Below are positions 13,150 through 25,600 of a DNA stretch of 64,000 nucleotides, in pieces. The translations under genes and the position numbers were made by a program. The notes under the pieces are model-generated. The model ran no database searches, was not told the DNA's origin, and worked only from the letters and a program-made list of their open reading frames with translations. The stretch spans positions 8,761,231-8,825,230 of the forward strand of contig MU054187.1 in assembly GCA_013239625.1 (NCBI GenBank), in the 5' to 3' direction. Each line of letters begins with the position of its first letter. Position 1 is the stretch's first letter. Source of the DNA: Lama guanicoe (lineage: Eukaryota).

Positions 13150-13618
13150 CAGGGGTCAGCAAACTATGACCAGTGGGCCAAATGTAGCCCATAGTCTATT
13201 TCTATATGGCTAATGAGTTCAGAATGGTTTTTACTGTTTTAAATATAGTTGACCCTTGAACAATATGGGGGTTAGGAGCATTGACCCCCCCACACAGTTG
13301 AAAAGCTACTTAAAACTTTACAGTTAGCCCTCCCTGTCCCTAGTTCTGCATCCAAGGATTCAACCAATGATGGATTCAGCCAACCATGGATCAAGCAGTA
13401 CTATAATATTTACTATTGAAAAAAAAATCCATGTTAAGTGGCCCTACACATTCAAACCCATGTCGTTCAAGGGTCAATTCTTATTGTTTTTTAAAAAATT
13501 CAAAAATATAACAAAAAAGTAAATAAAAACAATTAAGACCATGTAACAGAGACCATACATGGCCTGTAAAATCTAAAACATTACTCTCTGGCCTTCTACA
13601 GAAAAAGTTCAGTGACTT
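13150..13618 (+). mobile_element. MER58C-like hAT-Charlie MITE, split by a Tigger MITE
   Basis: 5' 'caggggtcagcaaactatgaccagtgggccaaat' and 3' 'cagagaccatacatggcctgtaaaatctaaaacattactctctggccttctacagaaaaagtt'. Confidence 0.8.
13246..13480. mobile_element. Tigger2-derived MITE nested in MER58
   Basis: TIRs 'tagttgacccttgaacaa' and 'tcgttcaagggtcaatt', preceded by TA. Homologous to 9138-9348. Confidence 0.85.
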
Positions 13619-14694
13619 ATTTTAAATGATGAGTTGCAACTCAAACTGTTTTATTTTACTTTATTTATTTTATTTGACTTATTTTATTTAATGAGGTGTA
13701 ACAATACCACACACCTGAACTCAGGGATGGAGGCTTTAATCTCTCCTGATGGACAGTGGCTGCCCAAAGAACCAGGTAGAAAACTCTGAGATGGCACTTA
13801 GACATGGCAGAAAGGATGCTGCTATCAAACAGTGAAGCCTGCACAGACGGAGAAGGGTGAAATGGGGACAGGGTGGGGGGAGCCCCACACATTGCCCTCC
13901 CTGCCTATCTCTCAGGGAGAAATTTTTAAAGTGTAGTTCTATTTAAACATGCAATTAAATATGCAAGGGTAAGAGACACATTAACAATGCAAGACTACGG
14001 AGCAAAAAGTCAGCCTGGCCTGGAATAGATCACACCACATGTTTTGAGCTGAACACTAGCTTTGACTGAAAAATTAGCTTTGCAGAGCTGCATAAATTAA
14101 TACTTACACCCAGAAAATTCAGGTCATTTTTCCCACTGGGCATCCCTACAAATGTGGTCAGGTGCTCTAGAATCCTGGAGACTCTACACCCAAGCTTTAC
14201 AATCAAGCACTTAGATCATTTTAGCAAATATTCGTAAATATTACAGGAGTCTCGCAATAGCCACGGGTGGTCTGGCTGGCTGCTCCCGTGTAGCAGGTGA
14301 CATATTCCCATGTGTCAGTCCTCTTCCTCCACCGGTGAAGGAGGAGAAACCGATCTCCAAAGAGGCGGGCCACTTCCAGGTCTGCAGTTGGAGGTTGAGA
14401 GCAGGAAGCAAATTCATTTTAACTCTGACAAGGACAGGAGCCAGAAGCACCACCTCGCCGCCGTACTTCGGTTTCAAAAGCACAGCGTGCTATATTTCGG
14501 TGGCATGGCTTCAAAATGTATTACCTCATCAATTCATTTCTGAAAAAGTCAAAATAGTGGAGGCAGTCTATTTTGCCAACACTTTGAATCAAAGCTGTTT
14601 TGAGTTCTTCAGGCACCAGAAAGCGGCGTTATTTAATGAGCCACATCCTCTCCCAGCACTGGTGCCGCTTTTGGGTTCAGAACTGAACAGAACA

Positions 14695-14960
14695 TAGTCA
14701 TTCACTTGTTCATTCATTCAGCAAATACTGATTGAGGGTGGACGAGCTGTCAGATACTCTGCTTGGTGATCAAAACACAGTTTCTGGACTCAGAACCTAG
14801 GAGAAGAGGTAGATGAGTATGGGGCAGGGTGATAAGTGCTGTGAGAGGAAAAGTTTAAGGTTCTGGGAGAGGATGGAGAAGGGGCGCTTAGCGCAGATCT
14901 GTGGGGACAGGGAGTCGGGAAAGGCTTTCCAGAGAAGCCGAAGCCTCTGCTGAACTCCCA
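14695..14960 (-). mobile_element. LINE-2 3' end, antisense
   Basis: 'ttcattcattcagcaaatactgattgag' is the antisense L2 tail. Confidence 0.6.
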
Positions 14961-15287
14961 AAGACGGGAACCAGGCAACACGACTTGGCTGCACCAGCAC
15001 CTGTGAGCTCAGGGAGTGGACACTCTGGCTCTCCAGAGGGCAGCAGGGACTTGGAGGGGAGCATGATACACACGGGATGGCTCGGGTGGGACTGGACACA
15101 GCCACGGAGCAGCAGGGACTGGGCCACACCCAGCTCTTCTCTGCTCATCAACTTAATGAAGCACTTGTACATACTCTCTTTGGGAGATCTCTTTTTAGGG
15201 CAGGGACATAAAGATTATAACAGCATAAAAATGTATAACAAAACTACCATGAGTTTCGGGGAGAGTGTATGTTCCAAGGAGTCCTTC

Positions 15288-15736
15288 TGTATTAGTATGC
15301 TGGGGCCGCCATAACAAAGTACCCCATGCTTGGTGGCTTAAGCAACAGAAATGCATTGCCTCCCAGTCCTGGAGCCTGGAATTCCAAAACCAAGATGGCG
15401 GCAGCGTTTGTTCCTCCGAGGGCTCTGAGTAAGTGTGTTCCATGCCGCCCCCTAGTCGGTGGTGTGCTAGCCGTCTTCGGCATCCCTTGCAGATGGTGTT
15501 CTTCTGCTGTCTCCGCATCACTGTCCTTCTGTACCTGTCTTTTTCTCTCCACATGTGTTCTTTTAATAAGGACACCAGTCATATGGGCTTAGGGGCTCAC
15601 CCTACTCCAGTATGATCTCATCTTTAATCATATCTGCCATGGCCCTATTTCTAAATAAGGTCACAGTCTGAGGTGTTGGGGGTGAGAACGTCAACATATG
15701 AATGGGGTGGGGAGGAGCACAGTTCAACCCGTAACA
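15288..15736 (-). mobile_element. MLT1C-like ERVL-MaLR solo LTR
   Basis: TG...CA termini ('tgtattagt' to 'caacccgtaaca') and typical MLT1 internal text. Flanks ccttc/ccctc form a 5-bp TSD with one mismatch. Confidence 0.85.
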
Positions 15737-16494
15737 CCCTCATACCTCACAAAGGAACTCTCTTCCTGCTTCTCCCCACAAAGCAGCAGCAGCAGCAATG
15801 ACCATCCAGCGACGCCTACAAGGGGAAGGGACCGGGGTCCCATCCCGAGAGCCAGGGCCTCAGGGCGCCAGGGCAGCAGGGACAGGGAACAACAGGAAAA
15901 GCCCAGCGCAAGGACAGAACTCTGCCCATTTCAGCTTTGAATCCCTAGCATTACACCTCCAAACCGGCCTTTTACCGGTCCTGGTCGCTGGGTCACGAAA
16001 GAGGGAGTGAGGCCCCTGGAGGTGAGCAGTCTCTCAGTGTGCCCAGCACCCGCAGCCAGGTCGGGCGCCCTCCCTAGCCACACAAAACAGGCTCTCTCCT
16101 GTCGTCAGGTCAGGAGGCCCCAGGCCGGATGCTGGAAGCAGTACCCACAGGCCAGGTGAGGACGGAAAGGAGGACAGGGCAGGAGGAAGACTGGAGGGAA
16201 CCTGGCCGTGTCCTGTTTGAGAGGCTGGAGCCCACGGCCCAATGTTATTTTAGAATCTGGTAAGTCACACCAGCACAGCATCACCCGCCTGCAGTCACCC
16301 TCCTGCCAGTGGGGGAATTAGGCTAATTATGTCTCCAGGCAGGTATTCCCCTAGTTTCAGGGGAATGTAGACACAAGTAGGAAAGTTGCTGTGGAAAGGC
16401 AACCGTGGGCCTCGACAGGGTGGCGAGTGAGCCGTGAATGAATTTCCCCAAAGGCCTGTCCTCCTCAGAGCCCTTGCAGTCACATCCGAGCTCA

Positions 16495-16660
16495 ACTCCT
16501 AGAAGCAGGACAGACGAGACCTCAAATGGGGTCATTTAGGAGGCTTGCCTGCCACGGGTGTCAGCTCACCTAATTCCAACCTCCTTAGTTCACGGATGGG
16601 GAAACTGAGGACTCAAGACACAGGGAGACTCGCGTGAGGTCCCCCAGCAAGAGAATCACC
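16495..16660 (-). mobile_element. MIR-family SINE fragment
   Basis: Core 'cacggatggggaaactgaggactca'. Confidence 0.55.
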
Positions 16661-16735
16661 ACAAACCCCCCGCCATCAAACCTTCCCTTCAGAGCTCTTT
16701 CACGGCACCTCTCTGCCTCGAACTGCTTGCCACCC

Positions 16736-17078
16736 TGTGCTAGTTCCACCATAACAAGTGCAGCTGGAAATGTATTTTGCCAAAATTCTGGAGGCTGGAC
16801 GTCTGAGATTAAGGTGTCAGCAGGGCTGGTTCCTTCTGAGGCCTCTCTCCTTGGCCTGTAGACGGCCGTCTTCTCCCTGTGTCTTCACGTGGTCTTCCCT
16901 GCATCCAAATTTCCTCTTCTTACAAGGACACCCGTCATACTGGACTAGCACCCACCTTAATGACCTCATTTTCACTTAATTACCTTTTAAAGGTCCCATC
17001 TCCAGAGTCACATTCTAAGTTACTGGGAGTTAAGGTCTCAACATATAAATTGAAGGGGCTAGGATTCAGCCCATAACA
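16736..17078 (-). mobile_element. MLT1A-like MaLR solo LTR
   Basis: 'aaggtgtcagcagggctggttccttctgaggcctctctccttggc' through 'ttcagcccataaca'. Flanks caccc/ctccc. Confidence 0.85.
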
Positions 17079-20000
17079 CTCCCCCAGAGCTTTCTCACAA
17101 GAATTCCTTCTCCATAACTTGCTTTGCTGGTGCCACATGACCCTGCTCTCTGACGAAAGCTATTAAAAGGGGCCAGTGAGCTCCCAGGGTTCCGTCTCCT
17201 AGAAGCCCAGCACTCGAAGTTTTGCTGTGACAGCTCCACCCAGTAAGGACAATGGTGGAACAATTTAGGCTCTTCAGAGGGGTGGTCTGAATTCAAGACG
17301 CGAAGAAAGCACTGAGCAGGAGCTGAGTTCAGCAGAAACAAAGGAGCAGGCTAGGAGAGCAGGGGCCACAGGACAATGAGCTCTAGAGTGGAACCACAGC
17401 CCTGCCGCTGATGGAGCGAGGACACGCGGACACTAGAGCCAGGCTGGACTCTAATGAACGTCCAACCACCACACTGCTCAGGCTCCGGAAGGTCCCCAAG
17501 CTGTGTCTGCATTCTGAAGCTGCCGGTGTATGATCCTCCATATTTCCAGGAGTGTCTTGATGTTAAAATTCAATCAACAAATCAATGTCACTAACGTCTG
17601 AAACAACCGTAGCAGATGGAAAGAACCAAGAACCCGTCTCTAGATCACTCTTTCCTCTTCTCATATAGAAAGCGCACGTGCCCTGTGGCAAGGGAAAAAC
17701 TCAAGCATGTGCGATTTTCTCTGAGGCTGTGAAAGTCACGAGCGGTTGAAACAGAGCTGAAATTGCCCTGCTCCCTGAATAAACGGGAAAAACAACGGGA
17801 AGCAAGAGCCTGGAGAAGCAGAATCTGCGATGCTCCCACAGCGACAGCACTCTTCCTCTCTGTCCCGAGTTATGTGTCAGACAAATCTGATTCCAGATGC
17901 AGTGGAATGAAGGAAGAATGGTGATTCATTCAGCAAACCAACCATGAAAGTCCTCCCCTCTGATGTACTCCTCACTGTCCTTCTGAGAACACGTCGAAAC
18001 AGACATTTCAAGTCCCATGTCGTTTGCCTCCTTGCTTCTGGGTCACCCCTTTACGTGGCAGTTCGTTACCTGCTGCCCTTCTCACGAGGTCCCTCTAGGT
18101 TTTTAAGCAGTTAGATTCCACCTTTTGCCATTACATTAGAAAAAATGATTTATTTTTGGTACTTATCTTTCTCCCTTTTAGATTAAGCCCTCTGTTTCTT
18201 TGCCTGCATCTGCTCCCTGTGTCTTCACGTGGTCTTCCCTGCATCCAAATTTCTAGACTCACTTCAATTTGCCTTCATCTTTTGATAGCTATGGTCCCCA
18301 AACACACTACAAGATTTCACAGTCATGAGCTATAAGCCCCTCTGGGGTGGAAAACAGGTCCCCGGTGTTCATTCTGTTTCCCCACTAAGTCTGTGCAGTG
18401 CACCTCACACAGGAGGCAGAGAAGAGATGGTAACCAACTCATTCCTTTATTCAGGTTATTTGTGGACACACGGTCACTTCTCTTCCAGTGCAGTGGGACT
18501 CTTCACATATCCCACATGGAAACACTAAGATACTGGACCTCTCTTACCTTCTAAATGATGCTCAGTTAATCACTGTCTCTTGGAACATCTTCCCTTGTGG
18601 ACCCGAAGTACCAGTTTACTTCTCACTCCTGAGTCTTTCCATCAGCTCTGGAAATATCCAGATGTGTAACAGAAATTCTTCTCCGACCCTCAACTTGCTC
18701 AATTGCCAACAGAAGAATTGGAAGTTGGTCAGAAAAACATCTTAACCTTGGCGCTACTTCCCCCAGCAACTCAGAGGTCCCTGGACCAAACCTTCCTCTT
18801 TAGAATTAACGTTTTGGCAAGAGATGCCCTAAAAGTCTTCAGAGGCAAAACCACGCTGACAATAGCTGATAAGGATGCTACAGGGTTAGCTGAGCATATA
18901 CATTCTGTATCTCCTATGGGAACTGGCTGGGGGGAGGGGGAGAAGCCTATGTGGATGGGAAAAAAAAAAAAGGTGACTTTTTTCTAATCATGCCTAAGTA
19001 TCCCTTTTTCTGTAAAACAGTTGAGCTGTTAACTTCTATGCTAAAGCACGTATGCACTTTGGAAAGGTAATTTGAAAGCGAGTTGAGCCATGACAAATAG
19101 GGACAGCTGGCCTAATTGAATCATTTGATCTAAGACAGCTCAACTTAGTTATCCTCACTGCGGCCCACGCTGATATTAGCGAGTGAATCATTAGCCATGA
19201 AATCATGTCGACTTTCCCGACTGCAGCGCTCTTGACATGACAGCGATCGCAGCCTGCCTTTCATTATCGCCCCGAGAAGTTCTTCAGTCTGTCAGGAAAA
19301 CAACAGAGCCACTTGGAAAACTTTTAGGCTCAGCCTCAGAAAGTCAATTGCTCCATCAGGCCACGTACAGCATCTCAAAGAAAGACAGGGTTGTGAGTTA
19401 GCTCCGGGGGCGTCTAGGCGAGTTCACCCAGGCTGGGTGCATCGCAGCCTTGCTGCGGTCCACGCCTGCAGTTAAAATGCAGCTTTATTTTGTAAGCACC
19501 AGCTTGTGGTCACTTGGGAGAGTGGGATCTAAGTGGAGTCATGATAAATACTTTCACTTGACCTATATGCATCCCTCACAGGAGTCTTCACGTGTGGAGG
19601 ACATCCCTGCCATCTTCAGTTTTGTTTTTGCAAAAGGAATGGAAGAGGTGAGTTCCTCTTTTCACTGGATGTGAAAAAGGCGGTGAGACACTTAGGAGGG
19701 ACCAGTCCATTGAACCGAGCATGGAACAAGCCCTTGGGTCCACACAGTACCAACACTCCAGGGAGACGTGCTTCATCCTTAACTCGCTCCCTTTTTTAGA
19801 TCCACCTCTCAAAACTACACCTGAGGGGACATTGGCCTCAGTTCCCACCACAAGCAGAGACTGAGACAAAGGCTTGTGTGGATCTGGAGGAGGGGAATGG
19901 GAAGGGAAGAAACCCGACACTAGGTGCCACCGCCTCCAGCAACTCCACTCCATCCCGCTGGAGCTTCCTGATGGTCTATGAAAGGTGGCTCAGAACTGTC

Positions 20001-20548
20001 TGCGAGGAGAGGAAAGGAGGACACTCTTGTCCCCTGGCTGCCGCTCCCGTCTGTCAGAGGTGGCCCTACAGGGGTCACATGTGTGCGGGATGAGCACTTC
20101 CCTTGGCTGCCCCGCACGGAGCACCAGCAACACCCAGGACAGTGCAGCCAAAGCAAGACGCCATCTGGCTGTTGCTCTGTGAGTCTTGCAAAGCCTTTCT
20201 AGAGCTGCTCCCTCAGCCTAAGAGGTGAGCCATTAAGGTTTGGGAGAAATCATGTTGATAGGTGTTTTCAGAAATAGAGGTGTAGCTTGGATGCCGTTCA
20301 TGGCAGGTAAGATGTTGACTAATTGATACAGTCAATGATCTCCCCAAAAGTCTGGGTAAACAACGACATTAGTAATAACTTTTACGCTGAAAATGACAGC
20401 AAACTTAGAATGGAGTACAGCTGAGACCAGGAAGCAGGAATTGGCGTGGGTCCCTTTCACAGCCCCCCAAACAGCAGGTGAATCTGAAAAGCAGTGACTG
20501 AAATTTCTTCAAATGAACATTGAGCTGGAAAGCTCCCCAGTGCTGTAG

Positions 20549-20580
20549 ATGTGTGTGTGTGTGTGTGCGTGCGTGTGTGC
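20549..20580. repeat. (TG)n/(TGCG)n microsatellite
   Basis: Seen directly in the sequence. Confidence 0.9.
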
Positions 20581-20829
20581 AAAATAATCGCTCTGAATCA
20601 CAAACTTTCAGAGCTGAGAAGCAGCTTGGAACTCATCTCATCCAAGCCCTAGATTATTACAACCAAGCAAATCAAGCAACTTCAGATTCCACTGCCAGGT
20701 GGTGGTAAAGTCCATCCTGAACCCAGACCGTCTTTCTCTTGCCAACAAACTTGAACCAGAGGACCAGTTTCACCATCTGATGGGAGCATGGCACACTGAG
20801 TGAGATGGATTTGAAATCTAGAGAGGGTC

Positions 20830-21915
20830 ATTTTGTAACACCCCACTCCTCTTCACAACAAAAATACATTCATAGTAGCCATGACACGTAACAAATAAAG
20901 ATAACAGCCAAAATAGAATTGCAAACAATGAAAAAATTTTCAGGTACTGCAAAAATATATGCCAGGGAAAACATTAAAAAGTTTAAATTAAAATAAATAT
21001 TATAGTACAAAAAAGACCAAACAAAAAAAAGCACAACTATTTTTATTCAATGGTTTTTAAATACACCTAACAGCTTGAACTTTGATCCATAGGTTACAGT
21101 TTGACATAATAATATTTTATGTAAATCATTGTCTGGTAGATAATTTATAAACTTTAATAAAACCAGAGTGTCTGGAAAAAGTACAATTTAGGAATTATCA
21201 AGCAGTGACACTTGTGTAACTTTTCATTTTCTTAATTTTATAATAGATCTAAATCAATTAATAATTTTACAAGACTATACTTTGATTTTAAATGCATACT
21301 CAAATTCCATAAAATGTGTCATGCAGCACTAAAACTAGTCTTTATCAACAAAAATGTTACACTTGCTGTTTGCAGTTGGTTTTACTGTTTTAAATTGTAG
21401 TTACTAACAAAAACTCCAAGTAGTCACATAGAATGACAGAACAGAAGAAACACAAATTCTCTTTCTTCATGTTGACAATCACTGTGCTACTGTGGTTTAT
21501 TTCTACTCTATTAAAATTCAGGAATATGTCATACCCCAGGGATCAGCATACGTACTACACCCAAAGCAAGCCGGGACAATTCTGAACCATGAGAATTTCC
21601 TCCTGAAATGAACACATTGTAGTATTTACGCAAAGGGGGCCAACTTTGTAACCAGTAAGCGTTAATAAATTAACTTTGGTGTGGATTATCATGTTTCTTA
21701 AAGAACAAGGAATAACGGTATGCTAACTAAATTATTAAACTCAACCAAGAATGGTCAGCACTTAGATCACAAGTTTTTTCAAGAGTATTTTGTCACTGAT
21801 GTAGTTTAGAATTGCTAGCAAATGGGACGACAAAAAGCAAACCAGCTTTTGGTCAATTTTATCATTGTTTTTGAATTCGCTACAGACGACTCACCTCGTC
21901 TTGTGTGCCTTTGAC
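20830..21915 (-). mobile_element. MER97-like hAT-Tip100 non-autonomous DNA transposon
   Basis: Reverse complement contains 'gtctgtagcgaattcaaaaacaatgataaaattgaccaaaagctggtttgcttttt...gcaattctaaac' and 'ttctgtcattctatgtgactacttggagtttt', matching recalled MER97. The left boundary is uncertain. Confidence 0.7.
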
Positions 21916-23293
21916 CATTCTGTATCATGGATTTCATTCTTATGAATGACAACAGGGTGGCTCTGGTTTAAGAGCATGGGGTCCAGCCTAGCACATGCCA
22001 AGAGTGTCGCCAAACATGCTCCCTTCTTTCTGCTCATGGTCTGAAATAATGACAGAGCTTTATTTCCCTGTCACCCATTTCTGAGCTTCGACTTCAGCCA
22101 TTTTTTTCTATCAAAAATTTCTCCCATAAAGAGTTTTGGTTCTTAAGCTTGTTCACAATGCAGAGACAAAGGAAAAGAAACCAACCAGCACTTAAGACCC
22201 CAGCATTTCAACCACGACTTTTTAAAAGTCACATGCCTGCCCACATGTATAGAAACCATACCTTCAGTGCTCCATAACCCTGCTCGTGTTTAAATATTAA
22301 TTAGATTTAATCAGGTCAACGTGACTGTGTCCAGTAAGTGATGAACCAGGGGAGGGACAGCAAAATAATACTTTCTAGTGGCTCATGCACCTGCGTATAT
22401 ATGAGGAATCCAAGAAATGAGAGAAGTCAAAAGATTTTCTGATAGTCACACAGAAATTAGTTGTGAACTAGTTTTCTCATCCCCCGCTTAGATCTTTACA
22501 CCTAAAAGCCATGTTCCCTACACACATTACCTAGAATCCAGAGTAGGAAAATGTCACTGAAATGCACGAAACTACTCAGACACATGGCAATGTGTAGTCA
22601 AGTGCTACAATGAGACCCTTGGAAATTTAGGGAGCTGAAGACTGACTGGAGATGTGAAGAAAGAGCTGATAGCTGCAATGAGGCTTGAGGCTGGTCTAAG
22701 AGGCTCTTCTGGATGAAAGAAAATGGAGGAGGAATGGGTTCCTCCAATTGCCTTCAGCAAAGGCGTCGGAGCCCTTTGTGAGTGAAGTGAACTATAGCAG
22801 GCAAGTCCTCTGGCCTCTCTGAGCCCATTTTATTCTCTCCTAAACAAGGAAGGGGAGCAGTTGTAATAACACAGAGAAATTGTATTCACCAGAAGCCCTC
22901 ATGAAATGAGCCTGTCTTTATTAGAAAGAAATACCTGGATAAGTAAAAGCAGACTCAAGTACCAAAGATGTTCCAGTAACCAAGTAAACTAAGAATTTAC
23001 ATTTTTTTCTGAGATGGAGTAAAAGAGTGAGAAGAGGGGGGAAAAAGAGGGAGAGGGAGGCCAAAATGATAGAATGTGGTACAGAATATAACGTGACCCC
23101 CTTCTGATGACCTCTCAGATGCTCATTAAAGCACACCCCAAGTCACAACATGCTGAGTGTGATGAGATTTCTTTTGGACACTTGTAGTGGCTGGAGGTCT
23201 GCATCCCAGGTGGTGATGGGCAAAAACAGGTATAGCATCAAGGATGTGCGGAGTCAACAGGCTTCTATGCTACACTGTACAGTATGAGGGCGC

Positions 23294-23756
23294 TATGTTC
23301 ATTACCTGGGCTTCTGTGACAAATGGCCACAAAAGGAGTGGCTAAAAACAATGGAAATTTATTCTCTCTCAGTTCTGGGGGTCAGAAATCCAAAATCAAG
23401 GTGTCAGCAGGAACGTGCTCCCTCTGGAGGCTCTAGGGAAGAATCCTGCCTGGACTCTTCCAGCTTCTAGTGGTTTCTGGCAATCCGTGGAATTCCTCAG
23501 CTTGTACGTGCATCATTTCAAACTCCACCTCTGTCATCACATGGCCTTCTTCCCTGTGCGTCTCTGGGTCTCTCTAAACTTCTCTGTCTTTATAAGGACA
23601 ACAGTCAGTGGATATAGGGCCCATTCTAATCGATTATGGCCTCATCTTAAGTAATTATATCTGCAACAACCTTATTTCCAAACAAGGCCACATTCACAGG
23701 TACCAGGGTTAGGACTTCAAGTTATCTTTTGGAACGACACAATTCAACTCACAATA
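23294..23756 (-). mobile_element. MLT1C/D-like MaLR solo LTR
   Basis: 'aaatttattctctctcagttctgggggtcagaaatccaaaatcaaggtgtcagcagg...ggaggctctagggaagaatcc...acacaattcaac'. Confidence 0.85.
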
Positions 23757-24599
23757 GGCCCTGCCTGCTGTAGCCTTGAATACTTCGTGTGTGCTTTACT
23801 CTGAGAAGCTCAAAGTAGATACATCGAGTCACTGGCGCATAGGCTCACAGAAGTAAGGACAATCCATTTTCATCTGATATTTTCATATAAAGCCTTTGGC
23901 TCCTCTTTGCTGGCCCAAGAGTTGGGGGCCATGGAAAATGGAGGGACAGAGTTGATGAACCCTACAGCTTCCCCAATCTGACAGTAGTTCAGAGAAGCAT
24001 TAGGTCCAGGTGACAGTTTTCAGTGAAGATTCATCCACCAACAGACACTCAAGGAACGCAACACCTGGGCTGGCCTCTGAACTCCTTGGGTGTCTCTCTG
24101 GACACATGGTGCAGGTGAAGGCTCTCAGGCTCCCTGTCACACCTTGCCCTCTCTCTTTCCCACCTCCATGTGGTTTCGGTGTGTTGATCCCAGGTATTTG
24201 GTATTTTCATCTCATACTATCAAATCATCCACTTGATTGTTATACAATTCTGCATGCATGCCAAGGCTGATCACTTCTCAGTTGAAATTATTATAGATCC
24301 TAAACAAAGCCTTTTATAGAACTCCAAATTTAATATACTTCCTGGTGGCTTTAGGCCACATGACTTTCTCCTTGACCTAAAAATGCTTCCAATTTCCCTC
24401 TTCTGGCCTTGAGAGAGCCTGCTGAGATGTAAGGGTTCTTCGGTGGCTTGTCTACTTCCCCACGCTCCCTTCCCTCTCTGTTACTAATACTCTACTGATC
24501 CACCACTCTTGCCCCTTCTGTTGAAGCCAGTCTGGAACATTCTCAATATTGCCTTACTTAGCATCTCCATGGAACTCCCATGATTAGCTGTTATAGCCT

Positions 24600-24760
24600 G
24601 TGCTGTCACCCTTATCACACACACATACACACACACACATTTCAGCTGGGCTGTCGACCCCTTGAGGGCAGAAGCTATGCCTCGTTCTTCTCTGCACGTT
24701 TTATAACATTGAGCAGAGTAACTAACACGGTAAGTTGGTTTAAAAAGCCTGCGTATCATT
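24600..24760 (+). mobile_element. LINE-2 3' fragment
   Basis: 'gggctgtcgaccccttgagggcagaagctatgcctcgttcttctctg'. Confidence 0.5.
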
Positions 24761-25269
24761 CAGTTAAACTTGGGGGGCTTGTCTTCCAGCTTTTCAGGGC
24801 CTGGACTCCCCTGAATCCCACCAGTCTCCAGGCAGTGAAGGTCACAGAGACACGTACGTCACGGCTGGCTATTCAGATGCACAAGGATGGCCTTCCACTC
24901 ATCTCTAATAAAAAAATTACGTCTATGGCGGAAGCGTAATTCTTCCAGGAACGGGCCAAAATTGCGCTACAGATCTGGTGGTAAGAGAGAAACAACACAG
25001 CATTGTCTCTGCCGTGAGGATATCACGTTCAAGGAAGGAAACACACTTCAAGGCGCATCTTAAACCGCGGCAGCAGAGACCCGGCCCTACGCAGAGTGAG
25101 ATGCAAAGCTGTTGCTGTGGCAAAGGGACTGGGAAACTCTTACCAGGCTGAGCTCCCTTTCCACGTGTGAAAGAGGACTAGGCTCTCCCCATCCTCTCTG
25201 GGCTCTCTGGATGGCTTCCTGTGGCATTGTAACAAGCATGTCCAAACAAAGCCAACTTTTGAATCAAGG

Positions 25270-25600
25270 TGTCAGACTGAATATTTGTGTTCCCCCCAAA
25301 CTTGTATGTTGAACCCAGTGCCAGTGTAACAGTGCTAGGAGGTGGGGTCTTTGGGAGATGCTTAATTCATGAGGGTGGGGCCCTCACAGATGGGATTAGT
25401 GCCTCATAAAAGGGGCTCCAGAGAGACCCCGCTCCCCTTCCATGCTATGAAAACAGCCAGCAGGTACTGTCTATGAACCAGAATCTGCCAGTGCCTTGAC
25501 CTTGGACTCCCCAGCCTGCAGAACTGTGAACAACAAATTCCTACTGTTTACAAACCAGGCAGCCTGTGGTATTTTGTTAAGGTGACCCAACTGGACTAGA
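25270..25600 (+). mobile_element. MLT1A0-like MaLR solo LTR
   Basis: 'gactgaatatttgtgttccccccaaa...gatgggattagtgcc...ccttgaccttggactccccagcctgcagaactgtga...ggtattttgtta'. Confidence 0.85.

Noticed and set aside
14241..16010. Cluster of overlapping 70-137 aa ORFs
   Set aside because: GC-rich sequence and an MLT1 LTR give few stop codons. There is no recognisable domain or exon structure.
20157..20175. CTCF-like motif (minus strand CAGCCAGATGGCGTC); similar partial matches near 10275, 27247 and 60022
   Set aside because: Each has two or more mismatches to the consensus, which is expected by chance in 64 kb without ChIP or conservation data.
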